Positions 47,395 through 59,114 are shown, counted from the first letter of the whole stretch. The stretch is 63,549 bases of DNA, filler included, from Vannella sp. (GCA_023345925.1; 7 parts of 7 records of this genome joined end to end with filler, not necessarily neighbours in it), one strand, 5' to 3'. The notes: a model not told the origin generated them from the sequence alone. Numbers and translations are program-made.

Positions 47395-49316
47395 CTAGCG
47401 GGAAGGGGCGGAACACAATGTGACCGATTCACAGAGGGAGAGACGGCATCCCCAACACACACAACTGATGTAAAAGAGCCCCAAGAGTATCCCAGCAAGG
47501 AACAGGATGTACTTGAGTAACCTAACCAGAAGGGGAGTAGTTCGCACTTCATCCAAAACTGCCTTGCAAGTTATTGTGCAAGCCCGAAGGTGTTGTTTCT
47601 TCAGATTCAGGTTGCGAGGCTCCATACCACGAGGTATCTTCACAATATGGCGCCCCGCTAGAATCTCTCGGTTGATGGCCTTGAAAGATTGGGCGACATC
47701 CATGACCAGCTGTCGGTCCAACTGACTTGAAACTTGTCTCCATCGCAGGAGGATGAAGAGAAGCATGTTGTTTGACTGAGGCACAAACAAAGGGTAGATC
47801 TCTTTCCAGCGCTGATAACAGCTGGAATCCCGAGAGAGAGATTGAATGAGCAAGTCACACACTCGCTCACGCAATCCTACTTCTTTTGCACTCCCATCGT
47901 CCAGTGCTGCGTGACTTAAGAGCATGCTAAAGTACTCCTGGGGGCTTCGCCGGGCGCTGAAGATGCAAACATCCTGCAACTGGTCAAACAATTCGACCAA
48001 GTCACTTTCCCTTGATTCATCTCCCTCGAGGGAGTAAGAGAGGATTAGAATACGCTCTAGTGCAACAACAGCTTCCTTCTGTCGAAGGACTTTGAGCTCC
48101 TCTCTGAAAGGAGAAATAAGGACAAAGAAGAACCCAAAAGTGATATAGGTCACTTACGTCTCGTCTAGCAACGCCCAGAAGGACTGAATGACGACGTTCC
48201 ACTCTTCTTCAGAGGTTCTCATACTGAATAATGATGGCAATAGGTACTGCAACCACACTACACCGAATAAGAAGCGCTCGCAGAGGGTGCATTCTCTCTT
48301 ACCTGACAAATAGACGCTCGGATCCGAGAGTTGAGCAAAGAGCCATGAGAAGAAGGATATGTGGTCTCCTTCAAGTGCGCTTTCGACCTTCTGAATGGCC
48401 TGGAGAGTGGGAACCTGGTGGCTTTGCTTCATCTTCTTTTGGAAGAGCCTCATCTTCTCTCCAAAGCCCTCTGTCATGAACATCAAAGCCCCATGTTGCT
48501 GTACTATAAGCTGTAAGAAAGCCATCAGGCCTGTCCCGTGCGTTGGTAACGAGATCTTCTCGCTGAGGAGAGGACCAGGAGGAGAGGGCGCAATCTGCGC
48601 CACGAGGAGCCAGAAGAACTTTGTCACCTCATCAAGAGAGCAACGTTTCAACCAAGATAGCGTCGCTTGTCTTACAGGCTCTGTTGTTCCAGGAACCAGA
48701 GGCTTTGTCAGTTCATCTCGCAGCTCGGCACCTTGGAGCTCCTTCATCGGGATCCGCGCAGTGTCATACGTCCTCACCCCTTCGAACCCAGTCTAGAGGT
48801 CCGTTCCATCAGATTCCACCCTACTACAACAGAGAGAGAGAGCTGACCTCGAAGTATTCTGCCACTCGCTTGAGCTGCATGTCAGGTTGCTTCGCGTACT
48901 CGCTATTGACTTGTACCAGGAGCTTCTTCAAAGCATCCACCACCAACTACACACAGTCAGAAGGGGTGAGAGGGGAAAGGGAGGCTACAAACAGTCGAAT
49001 GCAATGAAGTGTTCTTGGGATCGACAGTGTTACTCGCAGAGGCCTTCTTCTTCTTCAAGAGACGTCTCCGAAGAGTGGACTTCTTCCCCGCCAAAGGCAC
49101 TGGAGCAAGAGGATCAAACACAATCGAGTATCCGCTCTCCACAGAAGCAGTTGGCTCTTCCATAGATCTCAGCCGCTCCTCTTGCTCCGCTCGCTTCTCA
49201 AGCAAGGCTCGCTCCCTCTCCTCTGCTACATGGCGCTTCTTCTCCACAGCGCGCTCTCTCCTCCTCAACTCTCTCGTGTCCACAACAGTCTCCCACTCCT
49301 CCGACTCCCCTGACAT
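47395..49316 (-). CDS. TMEM214: TMEM214-like protein, spliced
   Basis: N-terminal WETV, PDMQLKRVAEYFE, LSRDSSCYQRWKEIYP..QS, C-terminal TM. Confidence 0.6.
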
Positions 49317-49334
49317 CCCAAATGACCTCATTTG

Positions 49335-50042
49335 ATGGCCACCTGGTCCAACGGGCTACCTGTCTTCAAGCAGGAGCTTCTGAGGCACTTATGCCCGGGA
49401 TTGCTGGAGAACGACCCAGACGCGGTGCGGAACAAGATCTTTACGTCGTCGGATAGGAAGGACGTCCTTCTGTTCACTCAGTGCACATCGGCACCGCCTG
49501 CTGTGGGCCAGATATCACGAGGCTTCCAGGAAGGGGTGGATCGGTGGGAGAGCGGGAGCGTTTTCTTCTTCTGTGTGCATGGTATGATCCAGGATCCAGC
49601 TTGCCAAGCTCTCAAAGAACATGAGAAGCACCACCAGAGACTGTGGCTCCTTCAACAAGCCCCCGATAGTGAGCAATACATCTGCGGAGGAGAGTTTACC
49701 TTCACAGGGGCGAAGAACCTCCACACTGCTCCTCCCCTCCTGCAGATCCGTCTTCTCTCCACCATGTTTACAAAGGAGAACGAGAGGATGACGCAGAATC
49801 GCGATACCAAACTGGCGGAAGCCGCCCGAAAGAACAAAGCAATCGACCTCGACGGTCTCCGCGCCATTGCTGGTTCCTCCGTATCCGTTGCCCCTACGAG
49901 GACCACGCCATCGTTACCCCCAAGTCACTATGCGAAGCCTCACACTCACAACAAAGGACCCAGGCAACCAGTGCCCTCTGGAAGCGGCACGCCGATCAGA
50001 GAGGATCTGGACTCGTCGTGGATCGCATACGCTCTTCAATAG
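49335..50042 (+). CDS. Hypothetical protein, possible SRA-like/PUA-fold domain
   Basis: Intact 235-aa ORF filling the gap between two genes; see findings. Confidence 0.55.
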   Translation: MATWSNGLPVFKQELLRHLCPGLLENDPDAVRNKIFTSSDRKDVLLFTQCTSAPPAVGQISRGFQEGVDRWESGSVFFFCVHGMIQDPACQALKEHEKHHQRLWLLQQAPDSEQYICGGEFTFTGAKNLHTAPPLLQIRLLSTMFTKENERMTQNRDTKLAEAARKNKAIDLDGLRAIAGSSVSVAPTRTTPSLPPSHYAKPHTHNKGPRQPVPSGSGTPIREDLDSSWIAYALQ

Positions 50043-50087
50043 CGTGTACATACAGCCGCTAGTCTACACCAGAGTGTATTGCACAGG

Positions 50088-51654
50088 TTACTTTCGGCTG
50101 TACTTGACCAGACAGGGATGTGTGGGTCCGACCACCATGGCAGAGTAGTCAGGCTTGGGGAGCTCGCCAACGATCTCCATGTTGTACTTGCGGAGAAGTA
50201 CACTCCAGATGGTCTTGATCTGAAGGTACGCAAAGGTCTCTCCCATGCAGCCGTGGCGGCCACCACCAAAGCCAACAAAGGAGAACTGCTTCAGCTTGTC
50301 CTCCTCGCGACCAGGGGCGAAGCGATCAGGGTCGAACTTTTCAGGGTTGGTGTAGATCGTGTCCAATCGCCCGCTGACAGCCGGTGAGAGGAAGAGAGTG
50401 TCGCCCTTGGGAATGTCATAACCGCAGATCTTCATGTCGACGGTGAGCTTGCGCATCAGGAAGATAAGTGGTGGGTACATGCGCAATGCCTCTTTGATGC
50501 AGAAGTGGAGCTTGTCCATCTTCTGGAGGGCGTCGTACGTCAGTTTCCCACCAAACTCCTTGAGGATCTGTTCCTGCTCCTCTAGGACGGGGCCGCTGCA
50601 TTGTTGTTAGCCATGTGAAGAACCCTCATTGCAATACCACTCACAGGAACTCGCGGTTCTGCAGCAGCAGCAAGCCAGTCCAAGAGGACGTGATAGAGCT
50701 TGTGTGTTGGCCAGCAAAGAGGAGAGCAACCATCATTCCACCCACTTCTTGGTCTGTTAGCCCTCGCCCATCCTTGTATTGGGCCTCCATGAACACTTGA
50801 AGAACATCGTCATGCTGCCCCTCAAAGATAAGCCAACGATAGCGAGTAGAAGGAAGCTGGAGACTCGTACCTCCTCTTCCGGATGCAGCTTGCGCTCCTT
50901 CATCACCTTGGAGAAGAGAGCGATGATCTCTTCACGAGCCTGGTCGCGGCGGCGATGCTGGGGAATGGGAAGATACGGGAAGAACACGGAAAGGGTGGTA
51001 AGACCCTCATCGATATGCTGGAAGAGACGAGCCACATCAGCGAAGAGGTGCTCCCGCACTTCCTTGCCCATCAAGCAACGGGAAGCAGTCAGGATGATCA
51101 GTTCGCTGAGGGCAGTGCGCAAATCAACAGTACCCTCATCACCCCACTTGGCAAAGAACATCTCCGCTTCTTGGACGATCTGATCGACGTAAGTGCGCAT
51201 CTTGTCGGTCTTCAAGCTGCCGCGCATGAACCTCAGTTGCTGGTTGCGAGTGGCCAAATCAACGTCATACACAACGCCCTTGCCAAAGAGAGGAACAGCA
51301 AACTTGTAGGGCTCGTTTTGGTCCAAGTCCACGTCAGTTCCTTTGAGGAAAGGCTCGTGCGCCTCGGCACTGCATAGGAAGGTCAAGCGGTTGCCCAACA
51401 CGTTCAAGGTGAACACTTCTCCGTGCTACGTTCATCAGTACGTGCAAGTGAAGGGTGGGGAAACCTACTTTGTTGTACATGGCGGTTGTAAAGTCCACGG
51501 GAGACTTGCCGAAGGGCACACCCACGCCTAAGTAGGGCACCACACCCGCCTCGTATGGGGGCGAGTTCGCTGGTTTCCGGAATCGCTGCACATAAAGCAA
51601 GACCGACAAGAGGCCAACCACCACCAGAGTGGCGATGGTGACCAACGAGAGCAT
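50088..51654 (-). CDS. CYP51: Sterol 14-alpha-demethylase, 3 introns
   Basis: VPLFGKGVVYD, ILTASRCLMG, LFAGQHTSS, EALR, FDPDRF, FGGGRHGCMG. Confidence 0.95.
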
Positions 51655-51847
51655 GGCGACAAGAAAACCTGAAAGTTCCTTGTTCCTCCCCAAATTGCGC
51701 ACTTGCCTTTTCATTCTCTCCAACAGAAGAGAGTTGAAGGCGAGGATCGTCATCGGGCCATCAGCCAATGGGCAAGCATGACTCCTTTTCACAACTTTGG
51801 CATCCGCAAGGATCCGGGTGATCCCAAAGGAACGTATGGTAACAAGT

Positions 51848-52465
51848 TTAGTGCCTCTTCGAAGAGAAGAACGAGAACCCGAGTTTCCTCTTTGGTTTGG
51901 TTTGTGGGGACAAAACCGTGCGAATGACTTCGTCAAACATTCTTTTGAGTCCTTCCTGGTTTGAAACTGAACAAGTCAAGTGCTTTTGCGCTCCAAGTCC
52001 AACGGCTACGAGCTGGGCTTCTGCTGGAGGGATCCAACGTACGCCCCGATTTCCCTGATTGGCTTGGTCGCGTTCGATCAGGTTCTCGAGAAGGAGTTCG
52101 TCTTGCACTCGGACAATGAAGAAGGGTGTTCCGGGGCAGTGATGAGAGATCGTCGGATACCATTTGTCAGCCAATTGCTTCAAGGAAAATGGGTTCATCA
52201 TGGAGTAACAAAGCAGGAAGACATCCGTTTGAGGGAATGATAAAGGTATCAGTCGATCATAATCACTGATTCCACACGGGTCCCACAAGCCAAGGGTGAC
52301 TGGCGTGTTGTCCACTATCACAACGTTCCCGTATGATTGATTACCCCGCGTTGCGGGCTCTAGAGAGAACATTTTGGAGCAGGCGAACACCATGCAAGTC
52401 TTCCCTATCCAATCATCTCCGACGACCACGCATTTGACAAGTCGAGGCTTTGAGGAATTGCTCAT
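51848..52465 (-). CDS. Atypical Rac/Rho-like GTPase, intronless
   Basis: VKCVVVGDDWIGKT, LGLWDPCG..DYDRLIPLSFPQTDVFL, KWYP. Confidence 0.85.
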   Translation of the reverse strand: MSNSSKPRLVKCVVVGDDWIGKTCMVFACSKMFSLEPATRGNQSYGNVVIVDNTPVTLGLWDPCGISDYDRLIPLSFPQTDVFLLCYSMMNPFSLKQLADKWYPTISHHCPGTPFFIVRVQDELLLENLIERDQANQGNRGVRWIPPAEAQLVAVGLGAQKHLTCSVSNQEGLKRMFDEVIRTVLSPQTKPKRKLGFSFFSSKRH

Positions 52466-52578
52466 CACGCTCTCTGCTGAGTGATGAAGAAAATGGATCA
52501 TTCATGTGCAAACTTCCATCTCGCGAGCATTCAAGGAAAAGTCAAGCCTGGTCCAAATGGGCCCTCAAGAACATTCAT

Positions 52579-52678
52579 NNNNNNNNNNNNNNNNNNNNNN
52601 NNNNNNNNNNNNNNNNNNNNNNTTAATTAATTAANNNNNNNNNNNNNNNNNNNNNNNNNNNNNNNNNNNNNNNNNNNN
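52579..52678. other. Artificial contig linker
   Basis: N44-TTAATTAATTAA-N44. Confidence 0.98.
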
Positions 52679-52758
52679 CACCGTTCGCGACGTGGAGGCT
52701 CCTCCTAGTGCTGTCGGTGGAGCAACGTGGCCATCATTCCACCTGACCACTCTATCAC

Positions 52759-54341
52759 ATGAAAAGAGGCCTTCTTGCCTTGATCGGCTTGTTGGTCATC
52801 GCCCTGGCTCACGCAGAGGAAGGTGAGTGGGTGTGAACAAGAGTTGAGCAACGTTCTGACGAGTTGAAGGGGGAGAAACATTGACTGCTACGCAATGGAA
52901 AGAGAAGGGTGACGAAGCGTTTAAGCTGAAGCGCTTCGATGTCGCAACGGATCACTACACGAAGGCGTTGGAGACGGATCCAACAAACTTCTTGTACTTT
53001 TACCAACGCGCTCTTGTCCTCACCTTCCGGGGTCGCTCTCATCTTGCCATCGCAGATTACGATTCTGTTCTGCGACTTAATCCATCCCACGCTGCTGTAC
53101 GTGCTTACTGTGGCTCTATGACCAACACTTACATTTGCCACAGTCTCTCCTGAAGCGTGGCCAGCTGCACTCGGACAATGGCAACTACGACCTTGCAGAG
53201 AGTGACTTCAAGAGGCTTATCGAGATCAAGCATAACCCCAAAGCAGAGGAAGGGGTAAGCCTGACGTGTCCACGACTCCGATCACTAATTCTCCCTCAAG
53301 TTGGCTCAGGTCCGAACCGTCAGAGTAGCCATCGAGAATGCCAAGGCACTCACAGAAGCACAGAGATTCTCTGAGGCTGCTGAGGCTTGGGCAAGAGTCC
53401 TCGAGCACTCCCCTTCGAACGAACAGTTCCTCCTCTCACGAGTGAACTGTCTCATGCAGATAGGTGCCTTTGGAGATGCTCTTTCTGAAGTTTTCCGTGC
53501 TCTTCGACTGAACCCAAGAAGCATGGAGAGCCACACGCTTCTTGGGGACATTTACATCCACCAAGGAGAGTACTCCAACGCTCTGGCGTCCTTCAAGAAG
53601 GCTCTCAAGTTCGACCCTGAGAACACAAAGATCGGAAAGAGCATCAAAAGAGCGAAGAAGATAACCAAGGCCGTTTCTGCCTTTGAGAGCGCCATCAACG
53701 ACCAGCAATGGGGAGAAGCCTTAGAGCACTTTGTCGTGCTTCAAGAGCTAACACCCCAGGTCACTGACAACGTCCATATCATGCAGAAGCTAGCGAAGGC
53801 TCAGCTGGAGAGCCGCAAATTCCAGGAGACTCTGGCCACTTGCGAGAAGATCCTCTCCTTGAACTCTAACTCGGTTGAAGCTCTCCTACTCCGAGGCGAG
53901 GCACACCTCATGCAAGATAACTTCCAAGAGGCGCGTAACGACTTCAATGCAGCCCGTCAGATCAACCCTAACGAACACCGCATCTTGGAAGCCCTTCAAA
54001 GGTTGGAGCGAAAGGAGAAGATGGCTCTTCGAAAGGACTATTACAAGATCATGGGCGTCTCTAAAGAGGCCACACACTCAGAAATCAAGAAGGCTTACCG
54101 CAAGTTGGCTTTGGCCAACCATCCTGACAAGCACCCAGACGGCGAGAAGGAACAGTACGTCCTCAAGTTCCAGGAGATTACCGAGGCTTATGAGATCCTG
54201 TCTGACCAAGAAAAACGAGGCCGCTACGACCGCGGAGAAGACACCAACCAACAGCAACAGGGCGGAGGCAACCCCTTCGGTCACGGTTTCAATCCCTTTG
54301 GTGGAGGTGGTGGCTTCCAGTTCCACTTCCAGCATGGATAG
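52759..54341 (+). CDS. DNAJC3: ER TPR + J-domain co-chaperone (P58IPK), 3 introns
   Basis: Signal peptide [15 protein letters not shown] repeats, DYYKIMGV...HPDK...YDRGED, G/F-rich tail. Confidence 0.88.
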
Positions 54342-54410
54342 ACCAATGATAAATACTCATGGACAAGAGCTGCTGTATTGAGCAACTCATCAAGGCTTGA
54401 AACTGGGTTC

Positions 54411-54821
54411 CTCTTGAGAAATGGTTAGAGTGAGGAAGTCATGAAGTGAAAGAGACTTACAAAGCAGCTTCTTGATGCTCTCCTTCTCGGCAGCCTCCTT
54501 GGGAGTCTCGCCACTAGGGCCCTTAATCGTCTTGTCAGCGCCATGGGCGAGAAGAGCCTTCACGGCCTCCTCGTGGTTCTCGTAAACTGCAGCCAGGAGA
54601 GGGGTGATACCAAAGCGGTCCTTGGCATTAATCTCCACCTTGGGTTGCTTGGACAAGAACTCAATCATGGAAACCTGACCGTAGTCAGCAGCCCAGTGCA
54701 AGGGAGTTCGTTGGTTCTGGTCTCGAACGTTCACACCCAATTGCTTAATGTAAGAGGCCACGTTGGTCATATCCTCCGTCTTGACAGCCCAGGCAAAGTC
54801 CTCGATATCGTTGCCACTCAT
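54411..54821 (-). CDS. MTPN: Myotrophin/V-1 ankyrin protein
   Basis: FAWAVK, PLHWAADYGQ, ITPLLAAVYENH, GADKTIKGPSG; likely intron 54413-54460. Confidence 0.85.
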
Positions 54822-54930
54822 TGAGGCCCAGAAAAGAATATCCTGTCCAACCAATCAGACGATCCCACACCTTTCCTCTCTCATAAACCAAATTATGTGG
54901 ACAAAATGGCCCATTGTTGGGTGTCCCTCG

Positions 54931-57904
54931 ATGGAGGGAGAAGAGGCTTTCCAGGTGAAGGCGGTGCAAGCTTACAAGGCCAGGAAGAAGAACGAGTTGA
55001 GCTTCAAGACCGATCAAATCATTCAAGTGACCAAAACCAATGCCAAAGAGTTCCTCTACTTTGGTGTATTGCCCGACGGGAAAGAAGGTTCGACCTCTGA
55101 TGGCCCTCATCCTTCTTCTCATGCGGTTGGTAGGGTGGTTTCCGTACTTCTATGTCAAGTCTATTACAAAGGAGGCTGCATTAGAAGAGAGCAAGACACT
55201 CCAGCGGTCACTCTCCAAGAAGGGTCTGGCCGGCTCTCGACTGAGTGCTCGCCCCGGTTCTATCGCCCCAACCGAAGAGCCAGAGGAGCGCAAAAAGGTT
55301 CGCACACTCCCTTCTTGCTTTCTGCCCCACCTGTACTCAAGCAGTGAGGACAGACTCTGACCGTACCACAAAAGGCGGAGAAGAGGCGCAGTAGGATCAT
55401 TGCTGAGAAGGAGAAGATAGTAGAAGACTACGTCTTTAAGACAGGCTTCCTAGGAAAGCAAATGGCCGACTCTACGTTCTACAAACAGCGTTGGTGTGTC
55501 CTCCGGCAAGCGTACTTGGGCTTCTTCCAGAGACCAGCAGTAAGACACGAGCTGTACTATCATCAGCAGAGAGCTGACTGCTGTTCTAGGATAAGAAAGC
55601 CATCGGGAAGGTCAGCATCAAGAACATCAAGTCTTTGGACTTTGACGCAGACGCCTCAAAGGAGAGCCGTTTGTTCTGCTTCTCGCTGGTCACAAAGAAG
55701 CGAGAGAGGTTGCTGTTCGCAGCGTCTTCTCGGCACGAATGCGATGATTGGATCAAGGCGTAAGTGGAAGCAACTCGCCTTCCTCGTAGCGTGGGCTCAT
55801 CTGATGTGTAGAATCAACTGCGCGATCAACGGTACCGCGCCCAGGGAGGTGGAAAAGATCCTTTCGCTCCCATCTCAGAGTCCAGTTCTCACCCGAAGGA
55901 ATACTCAAGTACCATCAACCGGACGAGCGAGAGAGAACTCACAGACGTTGCCGCGATCCCCCTCTAACAGTATCACAAGAGGAACGCCACTTGGTACAAT
56001 GAGCGGTCACCGTACAAGTGCTGCTGCTGCAGCCCCAAAGCCATCTTTCCTACGGCGCGAGATGACTCTCAAGTCACTCGAGATAGTTGTTTCCGAAAAG
56101 GCCAAGACGGAAGGTCTCACAGCATCTTCTCAGCTGCTCATGAAGAGAATCCAAACGTTAAGGCAAAACCTCGAGACAGTTCATGCAGTTCCAGATGACA
56201 TCCATTTGGAGTCCGTCACTATTCCCATGTCACAGGAGCCTATTGGCAGAGTACGGGCAGTTTATGATTACTTGGGACGCTCTGAGGCAGAGCTGACCTT
56301 CCGCAAGAATGACGAGATTTGGCTTCTTCAGCAAACGGATGGCGGGTGGTGGTTTGGCTCTTTCGACTGTCGAGAAGGCTATTTCCCGCAAGCTTTCGTC
56401 AGGATCTTGGAGACCTTCACAAAGGAACCTAAGAAGGTGCCAGCAAAGGGAGCAAAGACCGCTGTGAAAGACGAAGAATCTCCAAGAGAGTCAGAGGGTG
56501 ATGCACCCCGCAAAACGAAGGAGGAGAAGAAGGTCGAACTGCTTGAAAACTTCCAGATTGGTGAGCGAATTGGAAAAGGCCAATATGGATCTGTTTTCCG
56601 AGGCATCAACGTGGAGAATGGAGAGATGGTGGCGATTAAGCAAGTGGGCATCGCAAAGATGAAAAGAAAGGAGATCTCCCTGATTATGGGAGAGTTGGAG
56701 CTGCTCAAAGAACTGGACCATGTGAACGTAATGGGTTACAAAGGATTCATTCGTACAAGCGAACACATCAACATTGTGTTGGACTTTGTGGAAGGAGGAT
56801 CCTTATCATCTATCCTCGGTAAATTTGGAGCAATTCCTGAGCGACTGGCGGTCTGTTATATCAAGCAAATCCTCGAGGGATTGGCTTACTTGCACTCGCG
56901 AGGAGTCATCCACCGAGACATCAAATGCGGAAATGTTTTGGTCACAAAGGAGGGTTCCATCAAGCTGGCGGACTTTGGCATTGCTATGAAATTGGGAGAT
57001 CCTTCTGCCCCAGCTGTTGGAAGCCCTTACTGGATGGCACCAGAAGTCATTGAGTTGAAGGGTTCCGGATCTGCGTGTGACATTTGGGCGCTTGGATGCA
57101 CTATCATCGAGCTCTTAACTGGATCACCACCGTATTTTGAGTTCAATCAAGTCCAAGCGATGTTCTGTATGGTAGAGAATGAGCGACCACCTTTCCCTTC
57201 CAACATGTCACCAGAAATGGAATCTTTCCTGACTTGCTGCTTCAAACGTGACCCCGAAGAGCGATCCACTGCTCGGCAGCTGAGGCGGCATACTTTAGTC
57301 CGCACAGAGGGCGAGGTATCAGAGGATGAAGACGAGGATGACGACTCGAGCTTCGATTTGGCCGGTCTGGACGACGTCAACCTCGAAGACATGTCAACTC
57401 TCGATGGCCTTGAAGCTTATGGTGACCTTAGCAACTTGGATACTGCTAATCTCAATAGCCTCCTCGACTCACTGGGACAGGAGTAAGTACAGATTTCGCT
57501 ACCCAAGTACCAAAGCTAACTGTGATAGTTTTGACTATAATTCTGAGGCAGAAGGGTCCAACACCGACACAGACTTTGATGATGACAACGAAACCTATGA
57601 CTTGGAAGGAATTGACTTTCCTCCAGAGAACGGAATGGTTCCTGAGGGCGATGTTTTGTTCCTTAAGCAAGACCAAAAGACTCAAGAGCTTCTGAATTGG
57701 TTCCACGAGTCCATGGACAAAGGAAACGCTACGCATGCCATCAGCATCCGCAAGAAGGTTCGTGACCAACTCAAAGAGCTTCAAAGACAGCAAAAAGGAG
57801 ACCCACGCTTCCAAATCCTCATTCAACAATCAATGGCCGCTATGGACCGCTGTGAGGATGAGATGGGAGAGTTCATTCCCATCGACTCCGACGGAGAAAA
57901 CTGA
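54931..57904 (+). CDS. SH3-PH-SH3-protein kinase (Cdc15/SepA-like STE kinase domain), spliced
   Basis: AYKARKKNELSF..GWFP; KQRWCVL..WI; YDYLGRSEAELTF..GWW..GYFP; IGKGQYG, VAIK, HRDIK, DFG, GSPYWMAPE. Confidence 0.85.
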
Positions 57905-58175
57905 GGTCACTCCCCTACCTCGCCTGATATGTATTCTATTCCTTTATTTCCTCCTTTTTGAGATGCTATTTGACCAAAGTCGAAGCCTCCATCCTCCTGA
58001 GAGGAAGTCGGCAGAAATCACACAAACACTGCAATTTGAAGGCAACCAGAAGCCATGTGGCTGGCGTGTTATCTGAATAGATGCGAGGAGGCAATCAGAA
58101 TGCAGTCAATGAGTCCGTTTAGTATCCTTAATCCTTCAGGAGTGGAAGGAGAAGTGGGAGTTAGTGAGTTGGTAC

Positions 58176-59029
58176 TTAGTAGGGGATTGGCGTGTTTTGG
58201 TAGTCGACAAACTGGCCAGAATGAGCGAGCGTGAGAGAGTCGAGGATATCCACCATCCCTTTAGCAGAGTCTGCCTGCTCAACAGGTGCTGCATCAGTTC
58301 CCATGTCTTCCCCAGCATCAGGAAAAGGCCAAAACTTCCTTCCTTCGTACCTGTCTTGACCCAACCGGGGTGGAGGTTGATGATGCAGCAGTCCTTGCAC
58401 TCCAAAGAGAAGAGTTTCGTGATCATGTGAGCAGCAGTCTTGCTGACCCGATAGTGGGCTCCAGAGACGTTAGTGGAGTCTGTGATGCTTCCCATACTCG
58501 ATCCAATGGTTGCCACGATGGGGAAGCTTCCTTCAGAGCGTTCCAGAAGGGGAATGAGCTCTCGCATCACCATGAACGGTCCGAGGGAGTTCACATGCCA
58601 ATGGCTCTGCATGACAGCGACTGGAAGAGCAAAGAGAGAAGAACCCACGTCATTGCCTTGTTCATCCTTCTTGGTGTAGGCCCCTGCATTGTTGATCAGC
58701 CCGCTGATGCGCAGTCCTTTGCTTTGGATCGATTCTCGGAGGCGAATAACCGACTTCTCGTCGCCTACATCGAGTTCCTCAATGCTCAGGACACCTGAAA
58801 CCTTCTACTAGACATGTTACTAGTGGAGAGTCATTCTCCTGGTCCCCTCTTACGCCAAGCTCCTCACACTCAGTGGTGCGACGGGCGGTAGCAACGACGG
58901 AGTGACCTCGGGCACTCAGCTCCTTGGCCAAAGCCAATCCGATGCCCCTATCGATACGCTTAACTGCAGTGCCTCCAAGAAGAGTCTCTCTCACCTGTTG
59001 GCGCCAGTAATCAGGAAGGTTCGGGACAT
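58176..59029 (-). CDS. C-factor/sniffer-like SDR, spliced
   Basis: LITGANRGIG, LINNAG, SSMGS, YRVSK, LHPGWVKTDMG. Confidence 0.85.
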
Positions 59030-59090
59030 CAAGAAGGGCACTCCAAGGAATGAGCAACTTTGGCCACTAATAACCACCACTAAGCCCTGT

Positions 59091-59114
59091 GGGTTTAGGG
59101 TTTAGGGTTTAGGG
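59091..59114 (+). repeat. Telomeric repeat tract (TTTAGGG)n at contig end
   Basis: GGG TTTAGGG TTTAGGG TTTAGGG running into the gap, G-rich strand oriented toward the end. Confidence 0.75.
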
